Shown: piece after piece, positions 46,888-56,240 of the stretch
How the letters are laid out: every line of letters begins with the position of its first letter
Numbering within the stretch: the stretch's first letter is position 1
Assembly (NCBI GenBank): GCA_944324845.1
Contig: CALUXX010000002.1
Location: 42,496-106,495, forward strand
Origin: Candidatus Gastranaerophilales bacterium
Lineage (GTDB): Bacteria; Cyanobacteriota; Vampirovibrionia; Gastranaerophilales; Gastranaerophilaceae
Length of the DNA: 64,000 nt
Reading direction: 5' to 3'
Notes under the pieces: generated by a model
What the model was told of the DNA's origin: nothing
Seen by the model: only the letters and a program-made list of their open reading frames with translations
Database searches by the model: none
Made by a program: the position numbers and the translations under genes

Positions 46888-47454
46888 ATGAGGATAAGTC
46901 CTGTATCAAACATTAGTTATAATTCTTTTGGAGCAAAGTCAAAGGATTCTGTAAACAAAAATGAACCATCAAACCCAATTACAAAAGGTGGAGAGAAAGC
47001 AAAACTTGCAGGAGCGACTTTTATTGCAGGGTTGGGTTTAGGTGCAAAGTTGCTGTTTGAACTTTTGGATGGAGATTTTGTCCTAGAAGATATTGGTGAT
47101 GCTGCTGGGAAAATTGTAGAAAAACAACATAAAGATGCCAAAGGTGCAAAAAAAATGTTATTGCAACTTGGTGCTTTTGGCGGGCTTCTTGCTATGTTTG
47201 TTGGGGCTGTTGCTTTTGTATATACAATTTATAAAGCGCCAAATATAAATTATAACGGTAATATTAATGCGTTCAAAAAAGGTAAAGATATGGATGTCTA
47301 TATAAAAGGCAACACTGCAGAAAAAGAAATCTATACTCAAATGAACGAAAAAGCAAAATCTGCGACGCCGGAAGAAAAAGCTAAATTGCAAGAGCAATAT
47401 ATGCAAATGCAATTAGCGAAAAACAGAGTTCCTGATTTTGTTCGTAATTTATAA
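46888..47454 (+). CDS. Hypothetical membrane protein, paralogue B of a tandem pair
   Basis: The N-terminus is MRISPVSNISYNSFGAK, followed by SNPITK, Gly/Ala-rich hydrophobic segments and AFKKGKDMDVY. The layout is collinear with the preceding gene. Confidence 0.6.
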   Translation: MRISPVSNISYNSFGAKSKDSVNKNEPSNPITKGGEKAKLAGATFIAGLGLGAKLLFELLDGDFVLEDIGDAAGKIVEKQHKDAKGAKKMLLQLGAFGGLLAMFVGAVAFVYTIYKAPNINYNGNINAFKKGKDMDVYIKGNTAEKEIYTQMNEKAKSATPEEKAKLQEQYMQMQLAKNRVPDFVRNL

Positions 47455-47474
47455 TTTAATAATAGGAAAAAGAT

Positions 47475-48767
47475 ATGATAGGAAGATATTCACGCGAAGA
47501 GATTTCAAAAATTTGGGATATAAATACAAAGTTTGATTATTATTTACAAGTAGAACTTGCTGTTTGTGATGCTTATGCTGAATTAGGTACGATTTCAAAA
47601 GAAATTTCATCTGAGATAAGGCAAAAAGCAAAGTTTACTGTTGAAAGAATTGATGAAATTGAGCGTGAAGTTAGACATGATGTTATCGCGTTTTTAACTT
47701 GTGTTAATGAAAGTTTGGGCGATTTAGGCAGATATGTTCATGTCGGCTTAACAAGTTCTGATGTAATTGATACGGCTTTTGCACTTCAAATTCAAGATAG
47801 CGGAAAGATTATCAAAAAAGATTTAGATGATGTAATAAAAACTTTAAAAAATCTTGCAAATAAACACCGCAATACAATATGTATCGGACGTTCACACGGG
47901 ATTCATGCAGAGGTTATGACATTTGGGGTGAAACTTTGTTCTTGGATTGATATTTTAGAAAGACAAAGGGATAATTTTTTGCATGCATTAGAGCAAATTA
48001 GAGTAGGGCAAATTTCAGGACCTGTTGGGACTTATAGTAATATTTCTACTGATGTTGAAGAAATTACCTGTAAGCATTTGAATTTGAAACCTGCAAGAAT
48101 TTCAACTCAAGTAATAGCAAGAGATTATCATGCATATTTTATGCAATCATTGGCACTTATTGCAAGTGTTATCGAACAATTTGCAATCGAAATAAGACAT
48201 TTGCAAAGAACAGAGGTTTTAGAATTAGAAGAAGGTTTTGGAAAAGGTCAAAAAGGATCTTCTGCAATGCCGCATAAGAAAAACCCTGTACTTTCAGAGA
48301 ATTTATGCGGTTTAGCAAGAGTAGTCAGAGCAAATTCTATTGCTGCGATGGAAAATATTCCGCTCTGGCATGAAAGAGATATTTCTCACAGTTCGGCTGA
48401 AAGAATTATTTTCCCGGACAGCTTAATTTTGGTTGATTTTATGCTAAGCAGATTTAATTCGGTTATGGAAAATATTGTTGTCCACGAAAAGAATATGTTG
48501 AAAAATACGGATAAATTCGGTGGGATTGTATTTTCTCAAAAAGTTTTACTAACTCTTGTTTCAAAAGGTTTAACTCGAGAAGATGCTTATATAATTGTTC
48601 AACGAAACGCCTTAGATGCATTCCAAAATGATGGAGATTTCAAGGCAAATCTTTTGAAGGATTCTGATGTTGCAAAATATTTGTCTGATGACGAAATTGA
48701 GCAAATTTTTGATAAAAATTCTTTCTTACAAAATATTGACAAAATTTATAATAGAATACTTGATTAA
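47475..48767 (+). CDS. purB: Adenylosuccinate lyase
   Basis: Fumarate-lyase signature GSSAMPHKKNP and the N-terminal MIGRYSREEISKIW typical of PurB. Confidence 0.95.
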   Translation: MIGRYSREEISKIWDINTKFDYYLQVELAVCDAYAELGTISKEISSEIRQKAKFTVERIDEIEREVRHDVIAFLTCVNESLGDLGRYVHVGLTSSDVIDTAFALQIQDSGKIIKKDLDDVIKTLKNLANKHRNTICIGRSHGIHAEVMTFGVKLCSWIDILERQRDNFLHALEQIRVGQISGPVGTYSNISTDVEEITCKHLNLKPARISTQVIARDYHAYFMQSLALIASVIEQFAIEIRHLQRTEVLELEEGFGKGQKGSSAMPHKKNPVLSENLCGLARVVRANSIAAMENIPLWHERDISHSSAERIIFPDSLILVDFMLSRFNSVMENIVVHEKNMLKNTDKFGGIVFSQKVLLTLVSKGLTREDAYIIVQRNALDAFQNDGDFKANLLKDSDVAKYLSDDEIEQIFDKNSFLQNIDKIYNRILD

Positions 48768-48781
48768 ATTGGGATTTTTAT

Positions 48782-49870
48782 ATGGTAACAAGTGCTTATA
48801 TTCATATCCCGTTTTGTAAATCAAAATGTCATTATTGCTCATTTGTTTCGTTTTGTTCTACTGATAAAAAAAATGATTATTTAAACGCTCTTGAGCAAGA
48901 AATAGAGTATTTTTATGAAGGTGAATTTCTAAAAACTTTATATATTGGTGGCGGTACTCCGTCTTTGTTGAGTGTGGAAGATATTAGTCGTATTATTTCA
49001 AAGTTTTCTTTTTGCGATAATGCAGAAGTTACTATGGAATTAAATCCTGAAGATGTAAATTCTGATTATTTGAAAAGTTTGTATGAGCTTGGGATTAATC
49101 GTTTGAGTTTTGGGTGTCAGACGTTTAATGATGATATTTTAAAATTGATAAACAGGCGTCATAATTCTTCTCAGGTAATAAAAGTTATTGAATATGCTAA
49201 ATCTGTTGGTTTTAAGAATTTAAGTTTAGATTTTATATATGGACTTCCAAATCAGACTTGTGAAATGTTTGTTAGTGATTTGAACAGGGCTGTTGATTTA
49301 GAATTAGAACATATTTCGTTGTACGGTTTAAAAATAGAAGAAGGTTGTTATTTTTATAATCATTTACCTGTAAATTTGCCTGACGATGATATGCAGGCTG
49401 ATATGTATTTGAAGGCTGTAGAAACGCTTTTGAATAGAGGTTATGTTCAATATGAAGTTAGTAATTTTGCTAAAAACGGATTATATTCAAGACATAATCT
49501 TAATTATTGGGATAATGGTGAATATTATGGTTTTGGGGTTGCTGCTCACGGGTATAAAAATGGTATTCGGTATGAAAATTTTGATAATTTAAAAGATTAT
49601 TTAAAAAATCCAAAAGATAAAAAATTGTCCCATACTTTATCAGGATCTGAAAAATTGGAAGAAGAAATCTTTTTGGGGCTGCGCAAATTAGCAGGAATTG
49701 AGGTTTTATCTGTTAACAAAAAATATAATATAGATTTTGAAAATAAATATAAAAAAGTTTTGGATAAGTATATTAATTTAAAACTTATTGAAAAGACGAA
49801 CTGCGGCTATAAATTGACGCTTCAGGGAATTTTGGTGAGTAATGTTGTTTTGGCGGATTTTATTGAGTAA
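48782..49870 (+). CDS. hemW: Radical SAM haem chaperone HemW (HemN-like)
   Basis: YIHIPFCKSKCHYCSF and GGGTPS, 362 aa. Confidence 0.85.
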   Translation: MVTSAYIHIPFCKSKCHYCSFVSFCSTDKKNDYLNALEQEIEYFYEGEFLKTLYIGGGTPSLLSVEDISRIISKFSFCDNAEVTMELNPEDVNSDYLKSLYELGINRLSFGCQTFNDDILKLINRRHNSSQVIKVIEYAKSVGFKNLSLDFIYGLPNQTCEMFVSDLNRAVDLELEHISLYGLKIEEGCYFYNHLPVNLPDDDMQADMYLKAVETLLNRGYVQYEVSNFAKNGLYSRHNLNYWDNGEYYGFGVAAHGYKNGIRYENFDNLKDYLKNPKDKKLSHTLSGSEKLEEEIFLGLRKLAGIEVLSVNKKYNIDFENKYKKVLDKYINLKLIEKTNCGYKLTLQGILVSNVVLADFIE

Positions 49871-49944
49871 ATTTTTAATTAAAGATTATTTTTCGCAAAT
49901 TTTAATGTTTAAAATATAATAAAAAAAGTAAAGAAGGTTTTGTT

Positions 49945-51141
49945 ATGGAAAAGACATATAATGATGCGGTTAAATTATTAACTTCAGCAGGAAAATTCAG
50001 AATATCTTTAGGGTTAGAACGTATATCTAAAATCCTTGAAATATTAGGAAATCCTCAAGATAAATTGCGCTGTATTCATGTTGCAGGAACTAATGGCAAA
50101 GGTTCTGTTTGCTCAATTTTGTCTTCAATTTTGACTGTCGCAAAAGAACGTGTAGGTTTATTTACAAGTCCGCATATTTATAAGTATAATGAGCGAATAA
50201 AAATTTGTGGTGTTGATATTTCTGACGATGATTTTGTAAAATATATTTTTAATATAGTTGAAATCGCAGATAAAAATAAAATAGATTTAACAGAATTTGA
50301 AATATTGACAGCTGTAATGTTTAAATATTTTGCAGATAATAATGTTGATATTGTGGTTTTAGAAACGGGTTTAGGCGGAAGATATGATGCAACAAATGTT
50401 ATAAAATCTCATTTGTGTTCTGTGATTACCCATGTTGATTTTGACCATACAGAGCGTTTAGGAAAGACGATAAGCGAGATTGCTTATGAAAAAGCAGGCA
50501 TAATGAAATCGGATTGTCCTTGTATCGTTTTTGAAGGGTTGGAAGTATATAAAGATGTAGCAGATAGTTTAGGTGCGATGCTTATGGTAATTTTACCGTT
50601 TGCAAATACCGATGAGTTGTCTTTGAAAGGAACATTCCAACAAGAAAATTTGTCGTTGGCTCTTGCAGTTATAGAAACTTGTTTTCCTGAAATTAGTCCT
50701 GAAATTATAGATAAAGGCTTGCGCGAAGTGAAACATCCTGCAAGATTTCAATATATAGCCGATAAAAATTTAATAGTTGATGGTGCGCATAATCCTAATG
50801 GGATTTCTGTGCTTGTTCAAAGTCTTAATATGTATTATCCAACTGAAGAAAAACGTTTTATATTTGGTTGTTTGAAAAATAAAGATTATCCGACAATGTT
50901 GAAACTTTTATCAACTTGTATTGATTGTAGCGAAAAAACTTCTGATATTTATTTTTATCATTTTAATCATAAAAATTCAGCTACATATGAAGACTTGCAA
51001 GCAGTAGCTCCCTTTAATGCAAAAGAATTGACGCCGATATCGGAAATAGATTTTAATGATGGGAAATTGAATATAATATGCGGCTCATTGTATATGATAG
51101 CAGAACTATCAGAGCGTTTTGGCTTTAATATTTTGAATTAG
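49945..51141 (+). CDS. folC: Folylpolyglutamate synthase / dihydrofolate synthase
   Basis: Mur-ligase P-loop HVAGTNGKGS, then EVGLGGRYDATN-like LETGLGGRYDATN, then DGAHNP. Confidence 0.9.
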   Translation: MEKTYNDAVKLLTSAGKFRISLGLERISKILEILGNPQDKLRCIHVAGTNGKGSVCSILSSILTVAKERVGLFTSPHIYKYNERIKICGVDISDDDFVKYIFNIVEIADKNKIDLTEFEILTAVMFKYFADNNVDIVVLETGLGGRYDATNVIKSHLCSVITHVDFDHTERLGKTISEIAYEKAGIMKSDCPCIVFEGLEVYKDVADSLGAMLMVILPFANTDELSLKGTFQQENLSLALAVIETCFPEISPEIIDKGLREVKHPARFQYIADKNLIVDGAHNPNGISVLVQSLNMYYPTEEKRFIFGCLKNKDYPTMLKLLSTCIDCSEKTSDIYFYHFNHKNSATYEDLQAVAPFNAKELTPISEIDFNDGKLNIICGSLYMIAELSERFGFNILN

Positions 51142-51166
51142 CCTTAATAAAAATTAACGAAATCGC

Positions 51167-51195
51167 TTGCAAAATAAAGTTTTGCATACTATAAT
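51167..51195 (+). promoter_or_regulatory. Near-consensus sigma-70 promoter for rpmI-rplT
   Basis: -35 box TTGCAA (51167-51172), a 17-nt spacer and -10 box TATAAT (51190-51195). Confidence 0.6.
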
Positions 51196-51211
51196 GAAAC
51201 CAGCCGAAAGT

Positions 51212-51240
51212 TATGGGCTTTGGTATGCCTATAATTTTTT
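51212..51240 (+). promoter_or_regulatory. Terminator-like hairpin plus T6 in the rpmI leader, a candidate attenuator
   Basis: TATGGGC (51212-51218) pairs with GCCTATA (51227-51233), with one G-T pair, followed by A and TTTTTT (51235-51240). It lies 32 nt upstream of the rpmI ATG. Confidence 0.4.
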
Positions 51241-51271
51241 AGTTACTACTTTAAACAAAAAGGAGAAGAAA

Positions 51272-51481
51272 ATGCCAAAATTAAAAACACACAGATCAGC
51301 TGCAAAACGCTACAAAGTTTCAGCAACTGGCAAAATTATGAAAAGACAAGCAGGTATAGGCCACTTGCTCCAACACAAATCTTCATCAAGAAAACGTAGA
51401 ATTTTCAAGATGGTAGAGGTTTCAGAATCACATACAGCACTGGTATCAAAAGAGTTACCATACAAGAAGTATTCAAGATAG
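51272..51481 (+). CDS. rpmI: 50S ribosomal protein L35
   Basis: MPKLKTHRSAAKRYKVSATGKIMKRQAG, 69 aa, with AGGAGAAG upstream. The track's 104-aa form starts at a TTG inside the promoter and I reject it. Confidence 0.9.
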   Translation: MPKLKTHRSAAKRYKVSATGKIMKRQAGIGHLLQHKSSSRKRRIFKMVEVSESHTALVSKELPYKKYSR

Positions 51482-51492
51482 GAGCATAGAAA

Positions 51493-51837
51493 ATGAGAAT
51501 AAGACGTGGCAGTGCCGGTGTTAAAAGGCACAAAAAAATATTAAAACTTGCTAAAGGCTTTATTGGTGCAAGAAGCAGAATATTTAAAGTTGCTAATATT
51601 GCAGTAATGAAAGCATTAAAATACGCTTACAGAGACAGACGTACTACAAAACGTAATATGAGAAGATTATGGATTGTAAGAATCAATGCGGCTGTTAGAT
51701 CTCGCGGTATGAGCTATTCAAGATTTGTAAACGCTTGCAAAAAAGCAAATATCGTTGTTAACAGAAAAATGCTTGCTGATATGGCAGTAAAAGATCCTGA
51801 AGCGTTCGATGTAATATTCCAAACTATTTCAAAATAG
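51493..51837 (+). CDS. rplT: 50S ribosomal protein L20
   Basis: [46 protein letters not shown]. Confidence 0.95.
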   Translation: MRIRRGSAGVKRHKKILKLAKGFIGARSRIFKVANIAVMKALKYAYRDRRTTKRNMRRLWIVRINAAVRSRGMSYSRFVNACKKANIVVNRKMLADMAVKDPEAFDVIFQTISK

Positions 51838-51861
51838 TCAAAAGATATTATCGAGAATTAA

Positions 51862-51896
51862 AGCGAAAAGACCTGAATTTCAGGTCTTTTCGCTTT
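51862..51896 (+). terminator. Rho-independent terminator after rplT
   Basis: AGCGAAAAGACCTG (51862-51875) pairs with CAGGTCTTTTCGCT (51881-51894), a 14-bp stem, followed by TT. Confidence 0.8.
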
Positions 51897-51981
51897 ATGT
51901 AAAAAATATTTATAAAAATAGCAAAATTTATTTTTAGTTGTTTTATAATCAACAGCAAGATAAAACATAAGGAGTTAAGAT

Positions 51982-52476
51982 ATGGCAATGAGTATAGGAC
52001 AAGATCGAGCAAGAGTATATGGACCCGGTGTAATGCTTGGAACAGTTGGTATGAGTGCATATTTTCTTCCTGTCACAAAAGACAGATTTGTTCGTAATGC
52101 TTTTGCTATACAAAAAGAGTTAACTGAAGATAAAATTGATAAATTTACTCGTGTTGCAGAGCAAATTAGCAAAAATAATTTGCAAACAGAAAATAGAATA
52201 TTTTTACTCAGTGAATGTGTTGCAGAAAGTATAGATGCAATAGGTCAGAGATGTTTAGATTTGGGTAAATCTATTACTGATAGTGATGCGGTTCAGACAT
52301 TAAAAAAGGGTTTTGAAGATAATTTTTTAGCTTATAAAAAATCAGAGGCAATGATGGATAATGTTGCATCAAGTGCATTTAAACGAATCAGATGGACTAA
52401 TTTTGCTTGGGGAATTGGTATTGGATTTTTGATTGGTTCAGCTATAGGTTCAGGAATGTCAAAATCTGGAAATTAA
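51982..52476 (+). CDS. Hypothetical protein with a C-terminal Gly-rich membrane anchor
   Basis: A strong AAGGAG ribosome binding site lies upstream. The C-terminus reads WTNFAWGIGIGFLIGSAIGSGM. No family recognised. Confidence 0.55.
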   Translation: MAMSIGQDRARVYGPGVMLGTVGMSAYFLPVTKDRFVRNAFAIQKELTEDKIDKFTRVAEQISKNNLQTENRIFLLSECVAESIDAIGQRCLDLGKSITDSDAVQTLKKGFEDNFLAYKKSEAMMDNVASSAFKRIRWTNFAWGIGIGFLIGSAIGSGMSKSGN

Positions 52477-52532
52477 AAGTAATATAAATTTTTATAAAAA
52501 ATAAAAATTTATTTCTGTGTTATGATGAGGAT

Positions 52533-53855
52533 ATGCGCAGTCATGGAGTAAGTTATTATATACGGGAATTATTAAAGATTTCCGCCCCAATAATATTAGG
52601 AAATATTGGTTTTATATTGATTGGTATAGGTGACGTAGTTATTGCAGGACGCCATTCTACTGACACTTTTGCTGCAATTAGTATTGCAACTGCAATTTTG
52701 AATTGTATTTTTACTTTTGGAATTGGGTTAATATCAAGTATTTCTCCGTATTTGTCTAATTTAAGGGGTGCTGGGAAAACTGTTAAAAAATATTTTTTCC
52801 CATCAATTAGATTTTCAATGACTTTGGCGCTTATTACATCGATATTAATAATTGCAGCAATTCCAATAATTCCAAAACTTGGGTTCGAAGCAAAGTTAAT
52901 TCATCCGATACAAGAGTATATGTTAATATCAGCATTTAGTACATTTGGAGCTTATTTGCATGCTTGTTTAAAAGAATTTTTGCAGACCTTTGAGATTGTA
53001 ATGTTTCCTAATATGGTAACATTGGTTTGCGTTGTTTTAAATGTTGTATTGAATGTTATATTGGTTTACGGATGGGGGATAATTCCATCATTGGGTGTTG
53101 CAGGACTTGCAACTGCCAGTTTATTGGTTAGATATTTTATGGGAATTGCTCTATTAGTATATTGTTTTGTTATGATGAGATTTAACAATTATCATGAAAA
53201 AGGTTATTATCATAACTTGATGAAAATCGGATTTCCGATATCGCTTGCGGTATTTGTGGAATTTGTAGCATTTAATTGCATTGCAATATTGATGGGTAGA
53301 GTATCCGGAGTTTATGCAGCTGCACAAAATCTTGTATGTTCATTGACTACGATATCATTTATGGTTCCTTTTGCAATATCAAATGCAATCGCTATAAAAG
53401 TAGGATTTGCAAATGGTGCTGGTGATATTGAAGAATTGAAAAAGTATGCTTTAACAGGAACGGTTATGTCTGTTTGTTTTATGATCTGCAGTGCATTGAT
53501 ATTCATTTCATTCCCTCAATTTATCGTTGGAATATTTACGGTTGATGGTGCTATTTATAATATTGTAGTTCCTGTAATGTTGGTAATTGGAATATTTCAA
53601 GTATTTGACGGACTTCAAATATCTCTTTCAGGAATTTGTAAGGGTGTAAAACAAACTGATATTGTACTATTAGCCAATTTTGTTGCTTATTGGTGTGTGT
53701 CAATTCCTGTAGGTTGCTTATTGGGGTTAGTTTATAATTTTAAATTAATAGGTTTTTGGATAGGTTTGTGTTTATCAGCAATTTTGTTGTGCTCTATAAT
53801 GATATACAAGCTCAAAAAATATTACGATCAAACTTATAAAGTTGTGAAATCTTAA
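52533..53855 (+). CDS. MATE-family efflux transporter
   Basis: 440 aa with 12 predicted transmembrane helices and a NorM/MatE-like N-terminus (LLKISAPIILGNIGFILIGIGDVVIAG). Confidence 0.8.
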   Translation: MRSHGVSYYIRELLKISAPIILGNIGFILIGIGDVVIAGRHSTDTFAAISIATAILNCIFTFGIGLISSISPYLSNLRGAGKTVKKYFFPSIRFSMTLALITSILIIAAIPIIPKLGFEAKLIHPIQEYMLISAFSTFGAYLHACLKEFLQTFEIVMFPNMVTLVCVVLNVVLNVILVYGWGIIPSLGVAGLATASLLVRYFMGIALLVYCFVMMRFNNYHEKGYYHNLMKIGFPISLAVFVEFVAFNCIAILMGRVSGVYAAAQNLVCSLTTISFMVPFAISNAIAIKVGFANGAGDIEELKKYALTGTVMSVCFMICSALIFISFPQFIVGIFTVDGAIYNIVVPVMLVIGIFQVFDGLQISLSGICKGVKQTDIVLLANFVAYWCVSIPVGCLLGLVYNFKLIGFWIGLCLSAILLCSIMIYKLKKYYDQTYKVVKS

Positions 53856-53880
53856 ATTTTTATAAAAATTAAAAACTAAT

Positions 53881-53913
53881 AAAACAAGGGTTAGCAAATG
53901 ACCCTTGTTTTTA
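53881..53913 (+). terminator. Rho-independent terminator after the MATE gene
   Basis: AAAACAAGGG (53881-53890) pairs with CCCTTGTTTT (53902-53911). Confidence 0.75.
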
Positions 53914-54206
53914 TGGGGGTATAAATATAACAAAAGTTATAAAACTTTTAAAATCTTATCCAAGAAAAAATATTAAAGTGAACATGCCACATAATGATAT
54001 TGCACTGAATAAAAACCAAGTGTGCATTACGGGGTGTTGGTATGACCAAATTTCTTTAATAGTGCTGGTTGCATTGTTAATTGTTTGCATGTTTCTCTCC
54101 AAAAAAATAAACTCGTGTTTTCTATATATTCTATTTTCCATATTTTCAGAAAACAAACATCACCTATTTGGTTGATTATTAATCGGGTTTATTTTATTAT
54201 CAAGGT

Positions 54207-55481
54207 ATGCAAAAAGTTGAATTATTATTGCCTGCGGGCAATTTGGAAAAATTAAGATATGCTGTAAAATACGGAGCAGACGCTGTGTATTTAGGAGTAG
54301 TTGATTTCAGTTTGAGAGCAATGCGCAAGGGTGAAATTATTACTCTTGAAAATTTGAAAAGTGCAATCGAATTGGCACATTCTCTTGGCGCAAAAGCTTA
54401 CCTTACATTAAATATATTTGCTTTCAATTCTGATATAAGGCATTTAGAAGAATGTATGGAAATAATAAAAGACGCAAATCCTGATGCTGTTTTGGTAAGT
54501 GATTTTGGTATATTGCGTTTGCTAAAAAAATATATGCCTGATGTTGAACTTCACATAAGTACGCAAACAAATATATTGAATTATGAATGTGTAAGATTTT
54601 GGCAAGATATGGGTGCGAAAAGAGTTGTATTGGCAAGAGAATTATCAATACCTGAAATAGCAGAAATAAAACGCCAAGTTCCTGATATGGAAATAGAATG
54701 CTTTGTTCATGGTTCACAGTGTGTATCATTTTCAGGCAGATGTTTGTTAAGTGATTATTTTACAAACGGAGAAAGAAAAGCAAACAGTGGAAACTGTTCT
54801 CAGCCTTGCCGTTGGAGTTACAAATTAGTAGAAAGCACTCGTCCCGGTCAATATTACGAAATAAATCAGGACGATCGAGGATCTCATATTTTGAGTCCAA
54901 AGGATTTGTGTTTGGTAAAACATTTGAAAGAAATGATTGATGTTGGAGTAGATTCATTTAAGGTTGAAGGCAGAACGAAAAGTTTGTATTATGTTTCAGC
55001 AGTTGCCAAAACATACAGGGCAGCTATTGATGCAATTATGTCTAATCCGAATGAAGATATGGAAAAATATTTCACAGAACTTAAAAAAGTTGGCAATAGA
55101 GGATATACAACAGGTTTTGCGTTAGGTGAAAATCCTGCGGATAGTTATAGCTATGATATTTCAAAAGGTCTTGCAGGTGCTGACTTTTTATTTGAATTTC
55201 ATGGTAAGAAAAAATATTCAGAAGTTGATTTTTCATCTAATAGTTCTGATAATTTGTATTTTGTAAAAATCAAAAATAAAGTATTATTAAATGATGAAGT
55301 CGAAATTATTACTCCATCTGAGCAATTTGTTGCAAAAGTTCTTGATATATTAGATGAAAAAGGTCAAAATCTTGATGCTGCGAATACGAATGCGGAAGTT
55401 TATCTAAAATTAGATAAAGAGCCTCAAGATTATGAAGTTGCACTGGCAAGAACAATTGGAGTAAAAGAGAATGTTTATTAA
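54207..55481 (+). CDS. U32-family peptidase
   Basis: ELLLPAGNLEKLRYAVKYGADAVYLG, the Cys-rich core (ECFVHGSQCVSFSGRCLLS) and SFKVEGR. Confidence 0.85.
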   Translation: MQKVELLLPAGNLEKLRYAVKYGADAVYLGVVDFSLRAMRKGEIITLENLKSAIELAHSLGAKAYLTLNIFAFNSDIRHLEECMEIIKDANPDAVLVSDFGILRLLKKYMPDVELHISTQTNILNYECVRFWQDMGAKRVVLARELSIPEIAEIKRQVPDMEIECFVHGSQCVSFSGRCLLSDYFTNGERKANSGNCSQPCRWSYKLVESTRPGQYYEINQDDRGSHILSPKDLCLVKHLKEMIDVGVDSFKVEGRTKSLYYVSAVAKTYRAAIDAIMSNPNEDMEKYFTELKKVGNRGYTTGFALGENPADSYSYDISKGLAGADFLFEFHGKKKYSEVDFSSNSSDNLYFVKIKNKVLLNDEVEIITPSEQFVAKVLDILDEKGQNLDAANTNAEVYLKLDKEPQDYEVALARTIGVKENVY

Positions 55482-55950
55482 GCCTGATTATAATTTAAAA
55501 AGAATTTATGACATAAATCTTGAGGAGTTAAAAGCTAGCGGAATAGAGGCTATGTTGTTTGATTTGGATAGTACATTGATGGCATCAAAGTCAGGAGTGT
55601 ATTCAGAACAAATGCGAGCATGGTTAGAAAAAGTCAGAAAAGATTTTTTTATTGCAGTAGTTTCAAATAATAAAAATAGTGAATATATTTCAAAAGTAAA
55701 ATCAATTTCAGATTTTCCGACATTGTTTTGTGCAGCAAAGCCAAACCCTCAAAAAGTTTTAGAATTTATTAAACAGTATAATTTAGCGCCCGAAAAATGT
55801 GTTTTGGTTGGTGATAGACCTTTAACTGATATATTGTGTGGTAAAAATATAGGTTGCAAAACAATATTAGTTGATTCTGTGACGGCTGATAGTGAAAAAA
55901 AGATTGTTAGATTTGTTAGATTTTTAGAGCGTTTGTCAATCCGTAGATAA
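55471..55950 (+). CDS. YqeG-family HAD-IIIA phosphatase
   Basis: MLFDLDSTL, VVSNN and LVGDRPLTDILCG. Overlaps the U32 gene by 11 nt. Confidence 0.8.
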   Translation: MFIKPDYNLKRIYDINLEELKASGIEAMLFDLDSTLMASKSGVYSEQMRAWLEKVRKDFFIAVVSNNKNSEYISKVKSISDFPTLFCAAKPNPQKVLEFIKQYNLAPEKCVLVGDRPLTDILCGKNIGCKTILVDSVTADSEKKIVRFVRFLERLSIRR

Positions 55951-56080
55951 TGTTATCTAAACATAAAGATTGATTTTTTATCAGTAAACACTAATATTAC
56001 AGAATGTAAAGCGTCTATAATCCAGATATATATTGATAAATTGGAAGTTTTTGGCTAAAAATTTAAAGTTTCGTATTTTT

Positions 56081-56109
56081 TTGACTAATTGAAAAATATA
56101 TTATAATAT
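56081..56109 (+). promoter_or_regulatory. Candidate sigma-70-type promoter upstream of the pilus/secretin block
   Basis: TTGACT (56081-56086), a 17-nt spacer and TAATAT (56104-56109). TATAAT at 56102-56107 with a 15-nt spacer is the alternative. Such matches are common in AT-rich DNA. Confidence 0.3.
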
Positions 56110-56240
56110 GAATAATGAAAGACCGTATTTAGTGTTAAAGAAAACAAAAGATAAATATACATTAAATGACGGATACTTAAAAAAAGAAGTTTAAATATAA
56201 TGTTATGTGTGAATAACTTAACTGGATTGGTGGAGATAGC

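Noticed and set aside
51167-51271. A 35-codon N-terminal extension of rpmI in the ORF track (TTG start).
   Set aside because: The extension begins inside the -35 box of a near-consensus promoter and contains the leader hairpin. The ATG at 51272 has a good ribosome binding site and gives a normal 69-aa L35.
53956-54175. Two mutually overlapping small ORFs on opposite strands (66 and 65 aa) between the MATE and U32 genes.
   Set aside because: Neither has a convincing ribosome binding site or a recognisable motif, and at most one could be real. I could not decide from sequence alone and left both unannotated.
56108-56194. A 28-codon small ORF (MNNERPYLVLKKTKDKYTLNDGYLKKEV) in the intergenic region upstream of the pilus block.
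   Set aside because: It is too short, has no ribosome binding site, and overlaps the candidate promoter -10 region. Nothing supports it as coding.
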